From Chiloscyllium plagiosum (lineage: Eukaryota): DNA of 41,788 nucleotides. The notes below the pieces were generated by a model. The model did no database searches, was not told the DNA's origin, and saw nothing but the letters and a program-made list of their open reading frames with translations. The stretch lies in NCBI RefSeq assembly GCF_004010195.1, contig NC_057719.1, positions 83,928,388 to 83,970,175 of the forward strand, read 5' to 3'. Positions 11,040 through 23,131 of this stretch are shown here, piece after piece; positions within the stretch are counted from its first letter, which is position 1, and each line of letters opens with the position of its first letter. The translations under genes were made by a program, and so were the position numbers.

Positions 11040-11470
11040 GTTAATGGTAGATTTTCCTGCAGGGATTGGAAAGGGGCCATGATATCTCCCAGGGTTCAGT
11101 TCAGGGCCAGTTTTGTTAACTGTGTAGAAGCCCAAAGGCGTGAGGGCTTGGGTGTTAGCCAAGAGGAAGTGGTACTGAAATGTGTGCAGAAAGTAGCTAC
11201 GTGGAGGTGTAGTTAAATCTTTTAAAGTCCAAAGGGAGGTTGATACGATGAACGAATGGAGCAAAAAGTGGCAAATGCAATTCAATGCATCAAAAAAGAT
11301 TATTGAACTTACACTAAACAAAGCCAGTGACATAAGGAGATAGGTCCAGTTCTCTGGAAGAGCAGAGGAATTTGGGGAGGCATGACCTTAAAGAAAGCCT
11401 CTCAAGTCAATAATACTGTATAAAATGCAAATAACATTGTATGTTTTAGCTTAATTTGAATAGAGTATTA
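11040..11470 (+). mobile_element. Highly decayed CR1 RT fragment
   Basis: CCCAGGGTTCAGTTCAGGGCC (PQGSVLGP-like) and TGGCAAATGCAATTCAATG (WQMQFN). Confidence 0.5.
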
Positions 11471-12184
11471 TCTGACTTTAGAAGCAACCACAAAACCATA
11501 TCTTCAATCAAAGTCCAGACATATGTTCCAGTGTGGGAATTTTCAATGATGAATCATAGATTAGGGTGGCGATGACATTGTCTGATTCATTTTCCACAAT
11601 GGAAACAGTGGTCCAAGGTTAAAACAGGAATCAAACCTGGGGTCCTCCAATCTGGGCACCCATTCCTCACACACTTAGGAGGAAAACAAAGGGATGTCTC
11701 GCTCATTGGTTTCCTTACAGCATCAATGGTAAGCATCAACAGCTGTGAACTAAAGTGACCAAGCAGAGACAGAGTGCAAGGTGCTGCAAGGAGCCAGCAT
11801 TGTTACTTAACAAACACACCAGCAAACAGGAAATGTGGGGATAGCTCACGAGGTGACATTAGCTTCAGACAGGCATGAAAAGCTGCTCTCTGTTTGCACA
11901 GCTCGGTACCTGTTAGCAGCATATAGATCTTATAATAATACCACTTCCTGCTTTGGTCCTGTCACAAAACAAAGGCGTGAGGGCTTGCTGCTAATAAAAA
12001 AAGTAAGCTGTGGCGAAGTTACAAGCAACAAGGTGACTGCGTCTATACTAACATGAGGCAAGTAACAGCGCTGGAAAATGCTCTCCTTAGGAAGTTGAGA
12101 CTTACATGAAGCAGACCATCCTTCCAAGGACTGGGATTAGCTTGCTTCAGAGGGAACAGTCAACAACTACTTGCATTTTTACTG

Positions 12185-12690
12185 TGATTTAAGCTATTTC
12201 AAAGGACTATTATCAAGCAAAATTGTTTTCCATATAAGCAGAAATCAGAGAAAATGATCCAAGTCTGGTCAAAGAAGAAAGCTTTAGAGAACTTGTGAAT
12301 GGAGGAAATAGAGCTAGGCAGTAGGGAGAGGTTTAGGAATGGAATTCCAGAACTTAGAACTGTAAGACAACAGAAATACCAAATAACAGCCACAGAATTC
12401 ATGGGCTCAAATTCATTGAAAGCAGAAAATGGGATGTCAGGCAGCAGCACATTGGATGAGTCAAGTCAAGAGGTAGCAAAGGCACAGATGAGGGTTTCAG
12501 CAACAGATCAGGGCGAGGTCAAGCAACCTCATCTCAGCTTTAAATGGAATGCACTGAGGTTCCAAACAGTCTGACTGAGTACCAGACCATAGCCTAAGGG
12601 AAGGAAGAAGTTGCTGACTTGGGGACAGAGTTTACTGTATGAGTGGAAGGAAATTACTTTGGTCTTCCCTATATTCAGTTAAAAATAACC
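12185..12690 (-). mobile_element. Old L2-like LINE fragment
   Basis: GGTCAAAGAAG...GAATTCCAGAACTTAG and GGCACAGATGAGGGTTTCAGCAACAGAT resemble reverse L2 ORF2/3' sequence. Confidence 0.45.
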
Positions 12691-12744
12691 AATAAATTGG
12701 CCATGCTTAAACAATAGTTTAAAAGACTTATATGAGTACCATAA

Positions 12745-13826
12745 CAGCATAAAATATAGGAACAGAATTAGGCCATTCAGTTCATCGAGTCGACTCTGTT
12801 ATTCACTCATGGCTGATATATTTCTCAATCCATTCTCTTGCCTTCTTCCCATAATCTTTGATTCCCCTTTACTAGTCAATAATCTTTGTCTGAAATAGAC
12901 TCAATGGCTTGGCTTCCATGGCCCACTGCAACAAGGAGTACCACAGACTCACTCGCGTCTGACTGGAGAAATTCCTCCTCATCTCAGCTCTAAAGGGTTG
13001 TCACTCTGAAGCAATACCCTTCAGTCCTTGTCTCTCTGACTAGTGGAGACAAGCTGTGCACATCCACTCCACTCCACCCAGGCCTTTCAATATTCTGAAA
13101 ATTTCAATGAGATCTCCTCTTCATCCTTCAAAACTCCAATTAGTCATCAACCGTTCCTCAAACGATAGCCCTTAATCCCCAGGGTGATTCTTGTGAACCT
13201 CCTCTGGACTCCATCCAAGGCCAGTACATCCATCCTTAGATATGGAGCCCAAAACTGCCCACAATTTTCCAAATGCAATCCGACCAGAGCCTTATACAGA
13301 TATATTCCTGCTCTTATGTTCTAGCCCGCTCAAAATGAATGCTAACATTGCTTTTGCCTTCCTGACTGCCAACTGAATATGTATGCTAACCTTAAGGAAG
13401 TCCTAAACTAGGACTCTTCCCTTTGTGTTTCAGATTTCTAAAGTCTTTCTCCATTTAGAAAATTGTTTATGCTTCTCTTCTCCCTACGAAAGTGCATAAC
13501 CTCACACTTTCCCACATTGTATTTCTTCTGCCACTGCTTTGCTCACTTTTCTAGCCAGACTAAGTCCTTCTGCAGCCTCACCACTTCCTCAAAACTACCT
13601 GTCCTTCCACTCCCTTTGTGTCATCAGCAAACCTGGCAACAATGTCCTTAGTTACTTCATCCAGATCGTTAGTGTATTACATGATCGTTGTGGTCCCAAC
13701 ACTGACCCCTATGGAACCTGATTACTCAATGGTCTTATCCCCACTCTCTGACTTCTGCCAATCAGCCAATCCTCTATCCATGCCAGAAAGTTGCCCATAA
13801 CACCACATGCTCTTATCTTATTTAGC
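12745..13826 (-). mobile_element. CR1 LINE, ~1.1 kb 5'-truncated
   Basis: Tail at 12745-12790; reverse of FADD (GTCATCAGCAAA ~13620) and a PQGSVLGP-like motif (~13695-13720). Confidence 0.8.
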
Positions 13827-14121
13827 ACTCAAAGGAATAACTGCTGGATAAATTGGTCAATTTTCCTTTGCTTCATTGATCACCAGCACAAAGTGCAAAA
13901 GTTCAGTTCGATTAGCAGGTTCCTTGTAAACATGCTGGGACAAGTGTCGCACTGAAATGAACAAACTGAACAGCAAACAGGGCTTTAAACTAATAAAGGA
14001 GCGATTGGGAGCATTCCGGAGAGGATAAATTTAGCAACAGCAAGTCAAGGCTCCAAAGCAGACGATCACTCTGGGTAAAAATAAACAAACTGGGTCAGGA
14101 AGGAAATGTGAGAGTAAGGGG

Positions 14122-14410
14122 CACGGGTTCAAATCTCGCCATGACAGCTGGTGGAATTAAAACTTAATCAATCAACCAATCAATCTGAAAAATGAAAGCT
14201 AGTCTCAGTAACAATGACCAGTAATCATTGATTGTTGGGATAACACATCAGGTTCACTAACGCCCTTTGGGGAAAGAAATCTGCTGTCCTTACCTGATCT
14301 GGTTTACCTGCAACTCCAGGCTCTTAGCAGTGTGGTTGACTTTTAACTGCCTCTGATGTGGCTTGACAGACATTTCTTGGGCAATTAGGGATAGCAAACA
14401 AATTCCATGA
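14122..14410 (+). mobile_element. tRNA-derived SINE, second family (diverged copy)
   Basis: GGGTTCAAATCTC B box; GGTTCACTAACGCCCTTT...GTGGTTGACTTTTAACTGCC is colinear with 10281-10622. Confidence 0.7.
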
Positions 14411-14995
14411 AATTTATTCCTCCATTGAGATCATTTCACTATCCCTGCTTGGTGCCAATGGCAAAAGATTAGATTTCAGAAACAGGAATTATGGCTGATT
14501 TATTCCATTCCCGAGCCTAGGAGTGTTCAGATTAAGTGAAATCCACCGATCATCAACTATCAGCCAACACTGTCCAAGAATTGAATTTGGCACCTGCTGG
14601 GCAGTCTTTTTCCCCCAGACCATCATGGGAGTAATTTGGCTTATTTTTAAATAACTGGTGTTAACAAGGACCCTCAAGAAGAGGAGAAGGAGAAAATAAT
14701 GGGAAACTAGGAGACAGAGGGGAAACAAACTGAGCCAAAATAATTTGCTCTCCCAGTGCTTGCGCCAATGCCAGCAAGTCCAACATTCACACTGTGGCTG
14801 AAAATGAAAAAAAGACCAATATTTTCCACATGGGCTTAGCATAATGTTCGATTATATTACAATCCAAATGACAGAGGTGTGCCCCACCCTCTTGGGCTTG
14901 ACAGATGGGTTATTCAGGGAGCTGTGTTCTTTCAACAAAGTAAGGACATCCACTGCACCCTTGAAAAGGCAGGCTGTCAATCAACCTTAATGCAA

Positions 14996-15400
14996 TTTTT
15001 ATTTTACAAATATATTTATTAGCAAAACAAAAATGTAAAGTTATTGAAAATATAACAAATACCAGTGAAATTTAAAAAACGCAAATTACAATACAACACT
15101 GCCTACTAACTACTAACCTACCCTATAATACAAAACCAAACCAAACACTGTGCAAAGCAACACCAATAAGTAAGTAAGTGACTAATAAATCAAAAAAAAA
15201 CAACGGAAGAACACACAAGAACACAAAATAACAATGCTCAGCACAAAGCTCCCAGACAAAAACGGGAGGGTTGTATATATACCCATATTAACTCAGGAGT
15301 CTCCCCCGCCCCAGGCCCAGGGCTTAGCAAACCTAACCATCCTGGTTAAGATAGCAGGCAGATCTATGTCCAAATAACTCAACAAGGGCTGCCATGGAAT
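14996..15400 (-). mobile_element. Probable L1/Tx1-type LINE 3' UTR
   Basis: Minus strand ends in AATAAA plus an A-rich tail, preceded by a strongly T-rich UTR-like tract; no protein motif recognised. Confidence 0.35.
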
Positions 15401-16204
15401 TTAAAAAAGATGTGTTGTGTGATGCACCATATTTGTGAAGTAATGTAATGCTTTTAAACAACACTGGCTCACACTTTCCCAGTAGGTAGCAGGCTTCAGA
15501 GTACCAGGACCTGCTTGTTCTTGGTGTGGAGCTGGCTGAACTCAGCATGGGCTGTAGTGCAGATCTCAGCATTTAAATTAACAAAGGGGAATGCTAATCA
15601 GGATTCATCAGGACCAGAGTATCTCTGTGTGCATGTCGATACATATACATGTGCACAAAGACCCAAAAACAGCCTATCGATACTCACTGGCCTCACACTC
15701 AATAGCATTCATTTAAAATTGGAAACTTGTCTTTGGAACTGTAGCAGTCAGCACCTTCATGAGAGATGAGGAAGAAATAAATCTGTGCTGAGGGATGAAG
15801 AGCAAAGAGTGAAACTGCCTTGGGATACAACCAAGCTGAGCTCCTCATTCTGTGTTTAGCATGCTCATTCATCAGTGACAGATATAGTAATCAGACAGCT
15901 CGATTACGTAAAACACTGGGAACCATCAAGTAAAGGAAGGTTTATACATTCATGGTTGAGTCACACAATCTACAGAAAGATGAGCTCAGTCTGGTCAACT
16001 ATCACCCTGACCTCTATCCTCCATTTACTTTAACAAGTTACTGTTTAGACATGGTACTCAGCCACAAGTCTTCTCTATTCTTGTCCAAAGAGTATCATCG
16101 TCTTAAGAGTGAAATTAATAAATTATCTGAAACCTGGATTTGTCTGCTTCAGTGAAGATAAAAGGTCTACGAGACAAGGAATCAAAAAAAGACCTTGCAT
16201 TTAT

Positions 16205-16530
16205 AAAGTCATAGAGTGCAGAAAAGGCCCTTCGGCCCATCAAATCTGCTTCAACACAACTACTGCTAAAAGTGCGCTGATCCCAATTTCCTGCACTTGT
16301 TCCATATTCTTGAATGTTATGATATTTTAAGAGCTCATCCAAACATTTTTTTTAAAGATTGTAAGGTTTCCAGCCTCCACTACCTTCCCACGCAATGCAT
16401 TCCAGATTCCCATCTCCCTCTGAGTGCAAAATGTTTTTCTCAAATCCCCTCCGAATCTCCTGCCCCTTAGCACAAAACTACGCCCCCTTGTGATTGACCT
16501 CTCAACTCAGGAAACAGCTGCGCCCTACAC
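16205..16530 (-). mobile_element. CR1 LINE 3' end
   Basis: CATAGAG...GGCCCTTCGGCCCATC tail hairpin; CCAGCCTCCACTACC...CATTCCAGATTCC. Confidence 0.7.
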
Positions 16531-16599
16531 ACTCCTGACTTACTTATCACCACTAAATCTTCACAGCATCTCAAAGTGTTTTCCTCTTGTGTGATGAGT

Positions 16600-18430
16600 G
16601 AACAAAGATGGAATTCATCATCAGGATGAAGAAGGACATAGTTGATTCTGGAACTAGAGTCCTGAACCGAAAGTAAGGATACTATGATGGTATGAGGCAC
16701 AGGTTGGCTGTGACTGATTGGGGAAGGTTACTTAAAAGGGTGACAGTGGAAATTCAATGGTAAACATTCAAACAGCATATTGGCAAAATACAATGGTTCA
16801 TTCCTGACTGGTGCAAAAGTAAAATGGGAAAGATAGCCAAACCATGACTTACAAGGGAAATTAGAGACAAAAAAGAAGCATACAAATTGGCCAGAAAATA
16901 AATCAGACCTGACGAGTGGGAGTAGTTTAAGATTCAGCCAAGGAGGACAAAGGGATTGAATAAGAAAAGGAAAATAGAATACAAGCGTAAGCTTGTAGGG
17001 AACATAAAAACTGAATAAAAGTTTCTATAGATGTGTGAAGAGAACAAAAATCAGTGAAGAAACCAGTGGGATTCTTAAAGGAAGAAACAAGGGAAGTTAT
17101 AATGGGATACAAAGAAATGGCTGACTAACTAAATACATACTTTAGTTCTGCATATACAAATAACATACCAGAAATGTTGGGGAACACAGGTTTAGTGAGA
17201 GGGTGGAACTGAAGGAAATCAGCATGGTGGAGAAATTGTGCTGGGGAAACTAAAGGCCAATAAATTCCCAGGGCTTGATAATCAACATCCCAAAGTACTT
17301 AGGGAAGTGGCCTTAGAAATTGTGGATATATTGGCGGTCATTTTCCAAGATTCTTTAGATTGTGGAACAGTTCCTACAGATTAGAGAGTAGCTCATGTAA
17401 CCCCTCTAGTTAAGGAGGGAGATAGAGAGAATACAAAACTATAGAGCAGTCTGCCTAAAAATTGTGGTGAAAATTCTCGAGTTGATTGGAAAAGATTTAA
17501 TGGCAAAGGACTTTAAAACAATGGCAAGTCCAGACAGAGTCAGCATGGATTTACTGAAGGGAGGTCATGCTGACAAATCTACTGCAATTCTTCAAGGATG
17601 CAACTCCTAGAGTTAGTGAGATGGAGCCAGTGGATGTACTTTATTTGGGCTTCAAAAAGGCTTTTGTCAAAGTCCGACACAAGAAAGTATTGTGTATAAT
17701 TAAAGTGCATGGGAATGGAGAGTAGCGTATTGAAATGGATAAAAAATAATGGTTGGCAGACAGGAAACAGAGTAGGAATGATTATTTTCCAAATGGCAAA
17801 CAGTGACTAGTGGTGTGCAGGGATCTGTGCTAAGACCCCAGCTTTTATCACATGTCTTACTGATTTAGATGTGGAAACTAAAGGTAATATCTCCAAACTT
17901 GCGGATAGCTCAAAGCTGGTGGGAAGGTAAACTGTAAGGAGGATACAGAGATGCTTCAGTGTGATTTGGACAAGTCGAATGAGTGGGCAGATGTCTGGCA
18001 GATGCAGTAAAATTGGATAAATATGAGGTTACCATTTTGGTAGCAAAAACAGGGAGGCAGATTATGATCTTAACAGCTACAAATTGAGGGGAAAACGTGC
18101 AAGGAGTCCTGGGTGCTCTCATACATACATACACGCAAGTGGAGCAGACAGTAAAGAAGACAAATGGCAATGTTGGCATATGCTTATAAATACCATAAAT
18201 AGTATGCTCATAGTGAGAGGATTTGAGTACAGGAGCAGAGATGACTTACTGCGATTATAAAGAGCCTTGGTGAGACCACATCTGAAATATTGTGGGCAGG
18301 TTTGGTCTCCCTATCAGAGGAAGGTCATTTTTGCCACAGAGGGAGTGCAGTGAAAGTTTACCAGTCTAATTCCTGGGATGGCAGGATTTATGTATGAGGA
18401 GAGGGTGAATTAGTTAGGATTATATTCGTT
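16600..18430 (+). mobile_element. CR1 LINE ORF2 fragment (~1.8 kb) spanning the RT domain, decayed
   Basis: AGTCAGCATGGATTT (SQHGF), CAGGGATCTGTGCTA (QGSVL), GCCTTGGTGAGACCACATCTG (ALVRPHL); many stops and frameshifts. Confidence 0.85.
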
Positions 18431-18445
18431 GGGAGATCATATCCC

Positions 18446-18548
18446 ACTGGGTGGGATATTAAAGGGTGCAGGGAGCGAGAGGGAAAGAGAGGTTAGACTG
18501 GGTAGGATATTAAAGGGTGCAGGGAGTGAGGCAGAAATTAGACTAGAC
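18446..18548. repeat. Two ~51-bp tandem units
   Basis: ACTGGGT(G/A)GGATATTAAAGGGTGCAGGGAG at 18446 and 18497. Confidence 0.8.
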
Positions 18549-18718
18549 TGGCAATCTAATTTGAAGATTTCTGGATTAATCATCAAACACTGTGGAGGTG
18601 AGGATAATTCCTGCTTGAAGAAGCTTGTGGAGAGGTAAAGAGTAAGATGCCAGAGAGTACCTTGCTACTGGAAGTCCTGGATGTAAGTTTGCTCACTGAG
18701 CTGGAAGGTTTGTTTTCA

Positions 18719-18752
18719 GACGTTTCATCACCATCCTGGCTAACATCATCAA
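18719..18752 (-). ncRNA. Degenerate hammerhead motif in the Penelope left arm
   Basis: Minus strand TTGATGA-tgttagccaggatggtgat-GAAA-cGTC; the first core base is T rather than C. Confidence 0.45.
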
Positions 18753-19611
18753 TGAGCCTCCAGTGACCCACTTTCTATTTAATGTGTTTAGGTTTTGTTG
18801 GGTCAGTGATGTCATTTCCTGTGGTGGTGTAATTTCCCGTTCTTTTTCTCAGAGGGTGGTTAATGGGGTCTAACTCGACGTGTTTGTTGACAAGAGTTCC
18901 GACTGGAATGCCATGCTTCTAGGAATTCTCGTGCATATCTCTGCTTGACTTGTCTTAGGATGGATGTGTTGTCCCAATCAAAGTGGTGTCCTTCCTTGTC
19001 TGCATGTGAGGATACTAGTGAGACTGGGTCATGTCTTTTTATGGCTAGTTGATTCATGTATCCTGGTGGCTAGTTTTCTGCCTGTTTGTCCAGTGTAGTG
19101 TTTGTTACAGTTCTTGCAAGGTATTTTGTAAATAACATTAGTTTTGCTTGTTGTCTGTGTGGCCTCTTTCAAGTTCCTTCGCTGCTGTTTTAGTGTGTTG
19201 GTGGGTTTGTGGGCTACCATGATGCCAAGAGGTCTGAGTATTCTGACAGTCATTTCCGACAAACAGGCAGAAAACTAGCCACCAGGATACATGAACATCA
19301 ACTAGCCACAAAAAGACATGACCCACTCTCACTAGTATCCTTACATACAGATGAGGAAGGACACCACTTTGACTGGGACAACACATACATCCTAAGACAA
19401 GCCAAACAGAGACATGCACAAGAACTCCTAGAAGCACTGCATTCCAACTGGAACTCTATCAACAAGCACGTCGACTTGGACCCCATTGACTACCTTCTGA
19501 GAAAATGAACAGGAAATGACATCACCACAGGAAATGACATCACCAGCCCAAGGAAACCTAAGTTCATAAATAGAAAGCGGATCACTAACACCAGTGCTTC
19601 ACTGGAGCCCC

Positions 19612-19645
19612 TTGATGACATTAGCTAGTATGCTGATGAAACGTC
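19612..19645 (+). ncRNA. Degenerate hammerhead motif in the Penelope right arm
   Basis: TTGATGA-c-ATTAGC-tagtat-GCTGAT-GAAA-cGTC; 6-bp stem II (one G-U pair); the first core base is T rather than C. Confidence 0.5.
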
Positions 19646-21369
19646 TGAAAACAAACCTTCCAGCTCAGCGAGCAAACTTACATCCAGGACCTCAACCTGA
19701 GCTACAAACCTTCTCAAAGCTCACTGGAAGTCCATTTGTTTGCACTCAGAAGATTGAGTAAAGCAACATAATTTAATAAAACACAAAATGATTCACCCTC
19801 ATTGGGCAGGGAAAGGAAGCACTGTCAAAGTCAGGATATACCTAGAACTTTATACACCAGACTCTATTTCTACTAAGAGCGTTGTATAGTATATAAACAT
19901 AGTGTGGAGTTTTAAATCGTGTTAAGAAGTTAATGGCGAATATCTTTTCTATAATTTAGTGTATTAGTTGCTTACATAGTAATGCTTATTCAATGTTGAT
20001 TTTATTTTGTAGTATAAGTCTTAAAACATGATATATTGTTTCAAAATGGGAAATGCAATTTTGTTTGAAGTTATCGGTTTCTTCGGGGGATTGGAGTAAA
20101 TCTTTGTATTTTAAGAGACGTTGGTTGAGGAAGGGCACTGACAAATTCTTCTAATTTCTCACGAAAATCTACGCTCAAGGGACTATCTTCTCCTCATGCT
20201 CAGGATTCTACTTTGATAAGTGTTGTAGTTATTCAAAACGCTCTAACTGCTCCTTTAGTCTCTCCATGTAATTCCATTGAATTCCATCAATCTGGTACCA
20301 ATCTGGTAAATCTCTTCCGCACTCTTTCCAAGGCTTTGACACCAATTCAACACTAGCAATGCTACACATTGAAGTAAATGGACTCTTTATTTATGAAAGG
20401 ATCTAGGCTCATTGATTCATTGCCCAGATAAACAGCATTAATAATGCCATCCAGATCATAGCAGCTAATAGGTCAGAAACAAAAAAAGCTGCCTGTACTG
20501 TAGAGAACATTTGCTCATTAAATCCATGAAGATGACTCATAAAAAGGAGGAATTTTATTAAAAAGTAATAGGCACAATATGTGAAGTTAAGCCACAAAGT
20601 CGGTATTTAAAAATAAAAATACTACAATATTAGCTTCCCACACAACCACCTTCAATCAGTTTTGCTAAGGGGCTTTAAGCCAAGTCCCTCCCCCTTACCT
20701 ACTTGAGTCAATGAAAAACTATTTCAAAAGTAAAAAAAAAATCAGTATCCAAACTCTTTTTGTTAAGTTCAATCTATTTAAGGTCTCCCAAAACTACCAG
20801 TAACTAAAAATAATGAAACGCTTGGCAAGTATCTCTTTTCACTCGGGTGGTCAAAAATAAAAGAGGATTCAGGACAATCAAAAAACAAGGCATGGAAGGT
20901 TCTGGAACATTAAAAGGAACATATTTTCACAAAGAAACAGAATGCATCCTCAAGTTACCAAGTGGAAAATGTACCATCCACTGAGCTGCTGAGTAGAGTC
21001 CGTGCATGAGTTAGTTGCTCTCAGTTAGATTTATAATCAGGGCACTTACTCCAGACTCTGGCTGTAGGACTAGAAATATGAGCCAGGGTTCCCACATACT
21101 GTCCAGCCATCAAATCTACTGAAAATGGTGAGTATACTGCTTTTCATGGGTCAATAGTCTGTCAACACTATCTCGGATCACCATTAGAAATGGGTACTTG
21201 GGTGAGGTTCCGCACACCAGCATAAGTTCTCCATTTGATTACATCAATCATTCGCCACCTCACAAGAGTGCCATACATCTTGCCACAAACAAGCAGGTCT
21301 GTCAGTAACTCTAAATCGCCCAAGCCCTTTCTTGACAAACGGTACCCCGGTTATTATTTTATTAACTGG

Positions 21370-22058
21370 CTTGAAATGGAGTAGCTTTTCTGACAAATCT
21401 CAGATTTATGGGGGGAAATTCTCAGGATTAAATAAGAGTAAACCTTTTCCATCGGCAAAGGTTGGTAACTAGGTGACACCGATTTAAGATAACTGATGAA
21501 AACAAATGCCAGAGGAGAATTAGGACCGTTATTTTACACTGCAGAGTTGTTGTGGTCGGGAATGTGCGGCAAGAGGGCACTAGTTGCAGATTCAAACATA
21601 ACTTTGAAAAGGGAGTCATGTAGGTGAGATGAGGACTCGGGGGGGCATGGTCTCAAGATTAGGGGGAGTAGACTTAGGAGAGAGATGAGGAGGAACTGCT
21701 TTTCCCAGACAGTAGTGAATCTATGGAACTCTCTGCCCAAGGAAGCAGTAGAGGCAGCTTCATTAGATATATTCAATACAAAGTTGGATGGGTTTTGCAT
21801 GGTTGGAGAGTTAAGGGTTATGGGGATAATGCAGATAGGAGGCGCTGAGACCTGATCTTAATGAATGGAGGGGCAGGCTCGACAGGCCAAATGGCCGACT
21901 CCTGCTTCCATTGCTATGAAGCTATGAAATACCTGAATATGATTAATTTATAACATTAGGGTGAAACAGGAAGTGTAAAGACAATTGGGATAGCTCTTTT
22001 GAAGAGCCAGTGCAGGAATATGGGCCAAGTGGTCTCCTACTACATTGTATGATTCTAT
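21370..22058 (+). mobile_element. Old CR1 3' end containing a younger nested CR1 3' fragment (~21620-21928)
   Basis: Outer: ACTAGGTGACACCGATTTAAG...CAGAGTTGTT, resuming ~21930. Inner: GGGCATGGTCTCAAGATTAGGGGGAGTAGA...tail GCTATGAAGCTATG. Confidence 0.7.
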
Positions 22059-22175
22059 TACCTTCAATGTACAACCTCAGTTGGCGAATAAAATTTGGAA
22101 TTCTGTCCGAGGCTGGTGAAACAGGTCATCAGATTCTGTTCCTCGTTGGCCAGATTTATAGCCAGTAAGTGGAGA

Positions 22176-22246
22176 TCAGAGTTGAGAGTGTGGTGCTGGA
22201 AAAGCACAGCAAGTCAGGCAGCATCTGAGGAGCAGGAAAATCGACA
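22176..22246 (-). mobile_element. PLE terminal-repeat fragment (related subfamily)
   Basis: GTGCTGGAAAAGCACAGCAAGTCAGGCAGCATCTGAGGAGCAGGAAAATCGAC is homologous to 1335-1390. Confidence 0.65.
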
Positions 22247-22451
22247 TAACTGCCCAAACTGTAGCCTGAAGACCACACTCAGCCTTGGGGGGCTCCAGCA
22301 AACAATGTCACAAAGCACCCCCGTATCCAGTCCTGTAATGCATTCAAAGAGCAATGTTGAGCATCAAAGTAGATTTGTGCTTTTTCATTATAAAATTAAA
22401 TTTTAAGTTAAAGCTATTAATTAGCTTACAGGAGTCAGGGGTATTTTAAGT

Positions 22452-22888
22452 CAGAGAGTCATACAAGCATAGAAACAGACCTTTGGTCTAATCAGTTCAT
22501 GCTGACCATAATCTCAGACTATACCAGCCTCACTTGCCTGTGCTTGTCCCATATCTCTCCAAACATTTCTTATTCATGTAGTTACCTAAGCATCTTTTAA
22601 ACACTGTAACTGTATCTGCATCCACTACTTCCTCTGGAAGTACACTCCACCACACATGAACTCTCTGTGTAGAAAATGTTGCCTCTCATGTCTTTTTAAA
22701 AAATCTTTCTCCTCTCACCTTAAAAATATGCCCCCAGTCTGGAAATTCCCCACCCTTGGGAAAAGACACCTCCTATTCACCTTATCTATGCCCCTCATGA
22801 TTTTATAAACCTGAATAACATCATCCCTTAGTCTCCTAAGCTCCCAAGAAAAAAGTCCCAGCCTATCCAGCCTCTCCCCATAACTCAA
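22452..22888 (-). mobile_element. CR1/HER1 LINE 3' end
   Basis: Peptide LSYGERLDRLGLFSWELRRLRDDVIQVYKIMRGIDKV plus tail. Confidence 0.85.
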
Positions 22889-22918
22889 TCTTACTAAATT
22901 TGTTAGTGTGTACAAGCA

Positions 22919-23131
22919 GCTGAAAATGTGTTGCTGGAAAAGCGCAGCAGGTCAGGCAGCATCCAAGGAACAGGAGAATCGACGTTTCGGGCATAAGCCC
23001 TTCTTCAGGAATGCTTATGCCCGAAACGTCCAATCTCCTGTTCCTTGGATGCTGCCTGACCTGCTGCGCTTTTCCAGCAACACATTTTCAGCTCTGATCT
23101 CCAGCATCTGCAGTCCTCACTTTCTTCTCGA
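22919..23131. mobile_element. Short Penelope-like element remnant: inverted pLTR arms
   Basis: Inverted arms centred ~23013; 14-bp TSD AGTGTGTACAAGCA at 22905-22918 and 23132-23145; near-identical to 1292-1515 but in the opposite orientation. Confidence 0.78.
22976..23013 (-). ncRNA. Minimal type I hammerhead ribozyme motif (PLE-associated)
   Basis: Minus strand attc-CTGAAGA-a-GGGC-ttat-GCCC-GAAA-cGTC-gatt. Confidence 0.65.

Larger units (their letters stand above)
18678..19722. mobile_element. Penelope-like retroelement, 5'-truncated, inverted (fold-back) configuration with GIY-YIG endonuclease remnants
   Basis: Minus arm ~18674-19260 encodes NVIYKIPCKNCNKHYTGQTGRKLATRIHE (GIY-YIG); plus arm ~19258-19722 encodes QTGRKLATRIHEH...FDWDNT...LEALHS; 11-bp TSD ACTGGAAGTCC at 18667-18677 and 19723-19733. 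Confidence 0.92.

Noticed and set aside
21040..21135. Coding exon ending at the strong donor ATG|GTGAGT (~21127)
   Set aside because: All three frames downstream of the nearest upstream AG contain stops, and no recognisable peptide was found.
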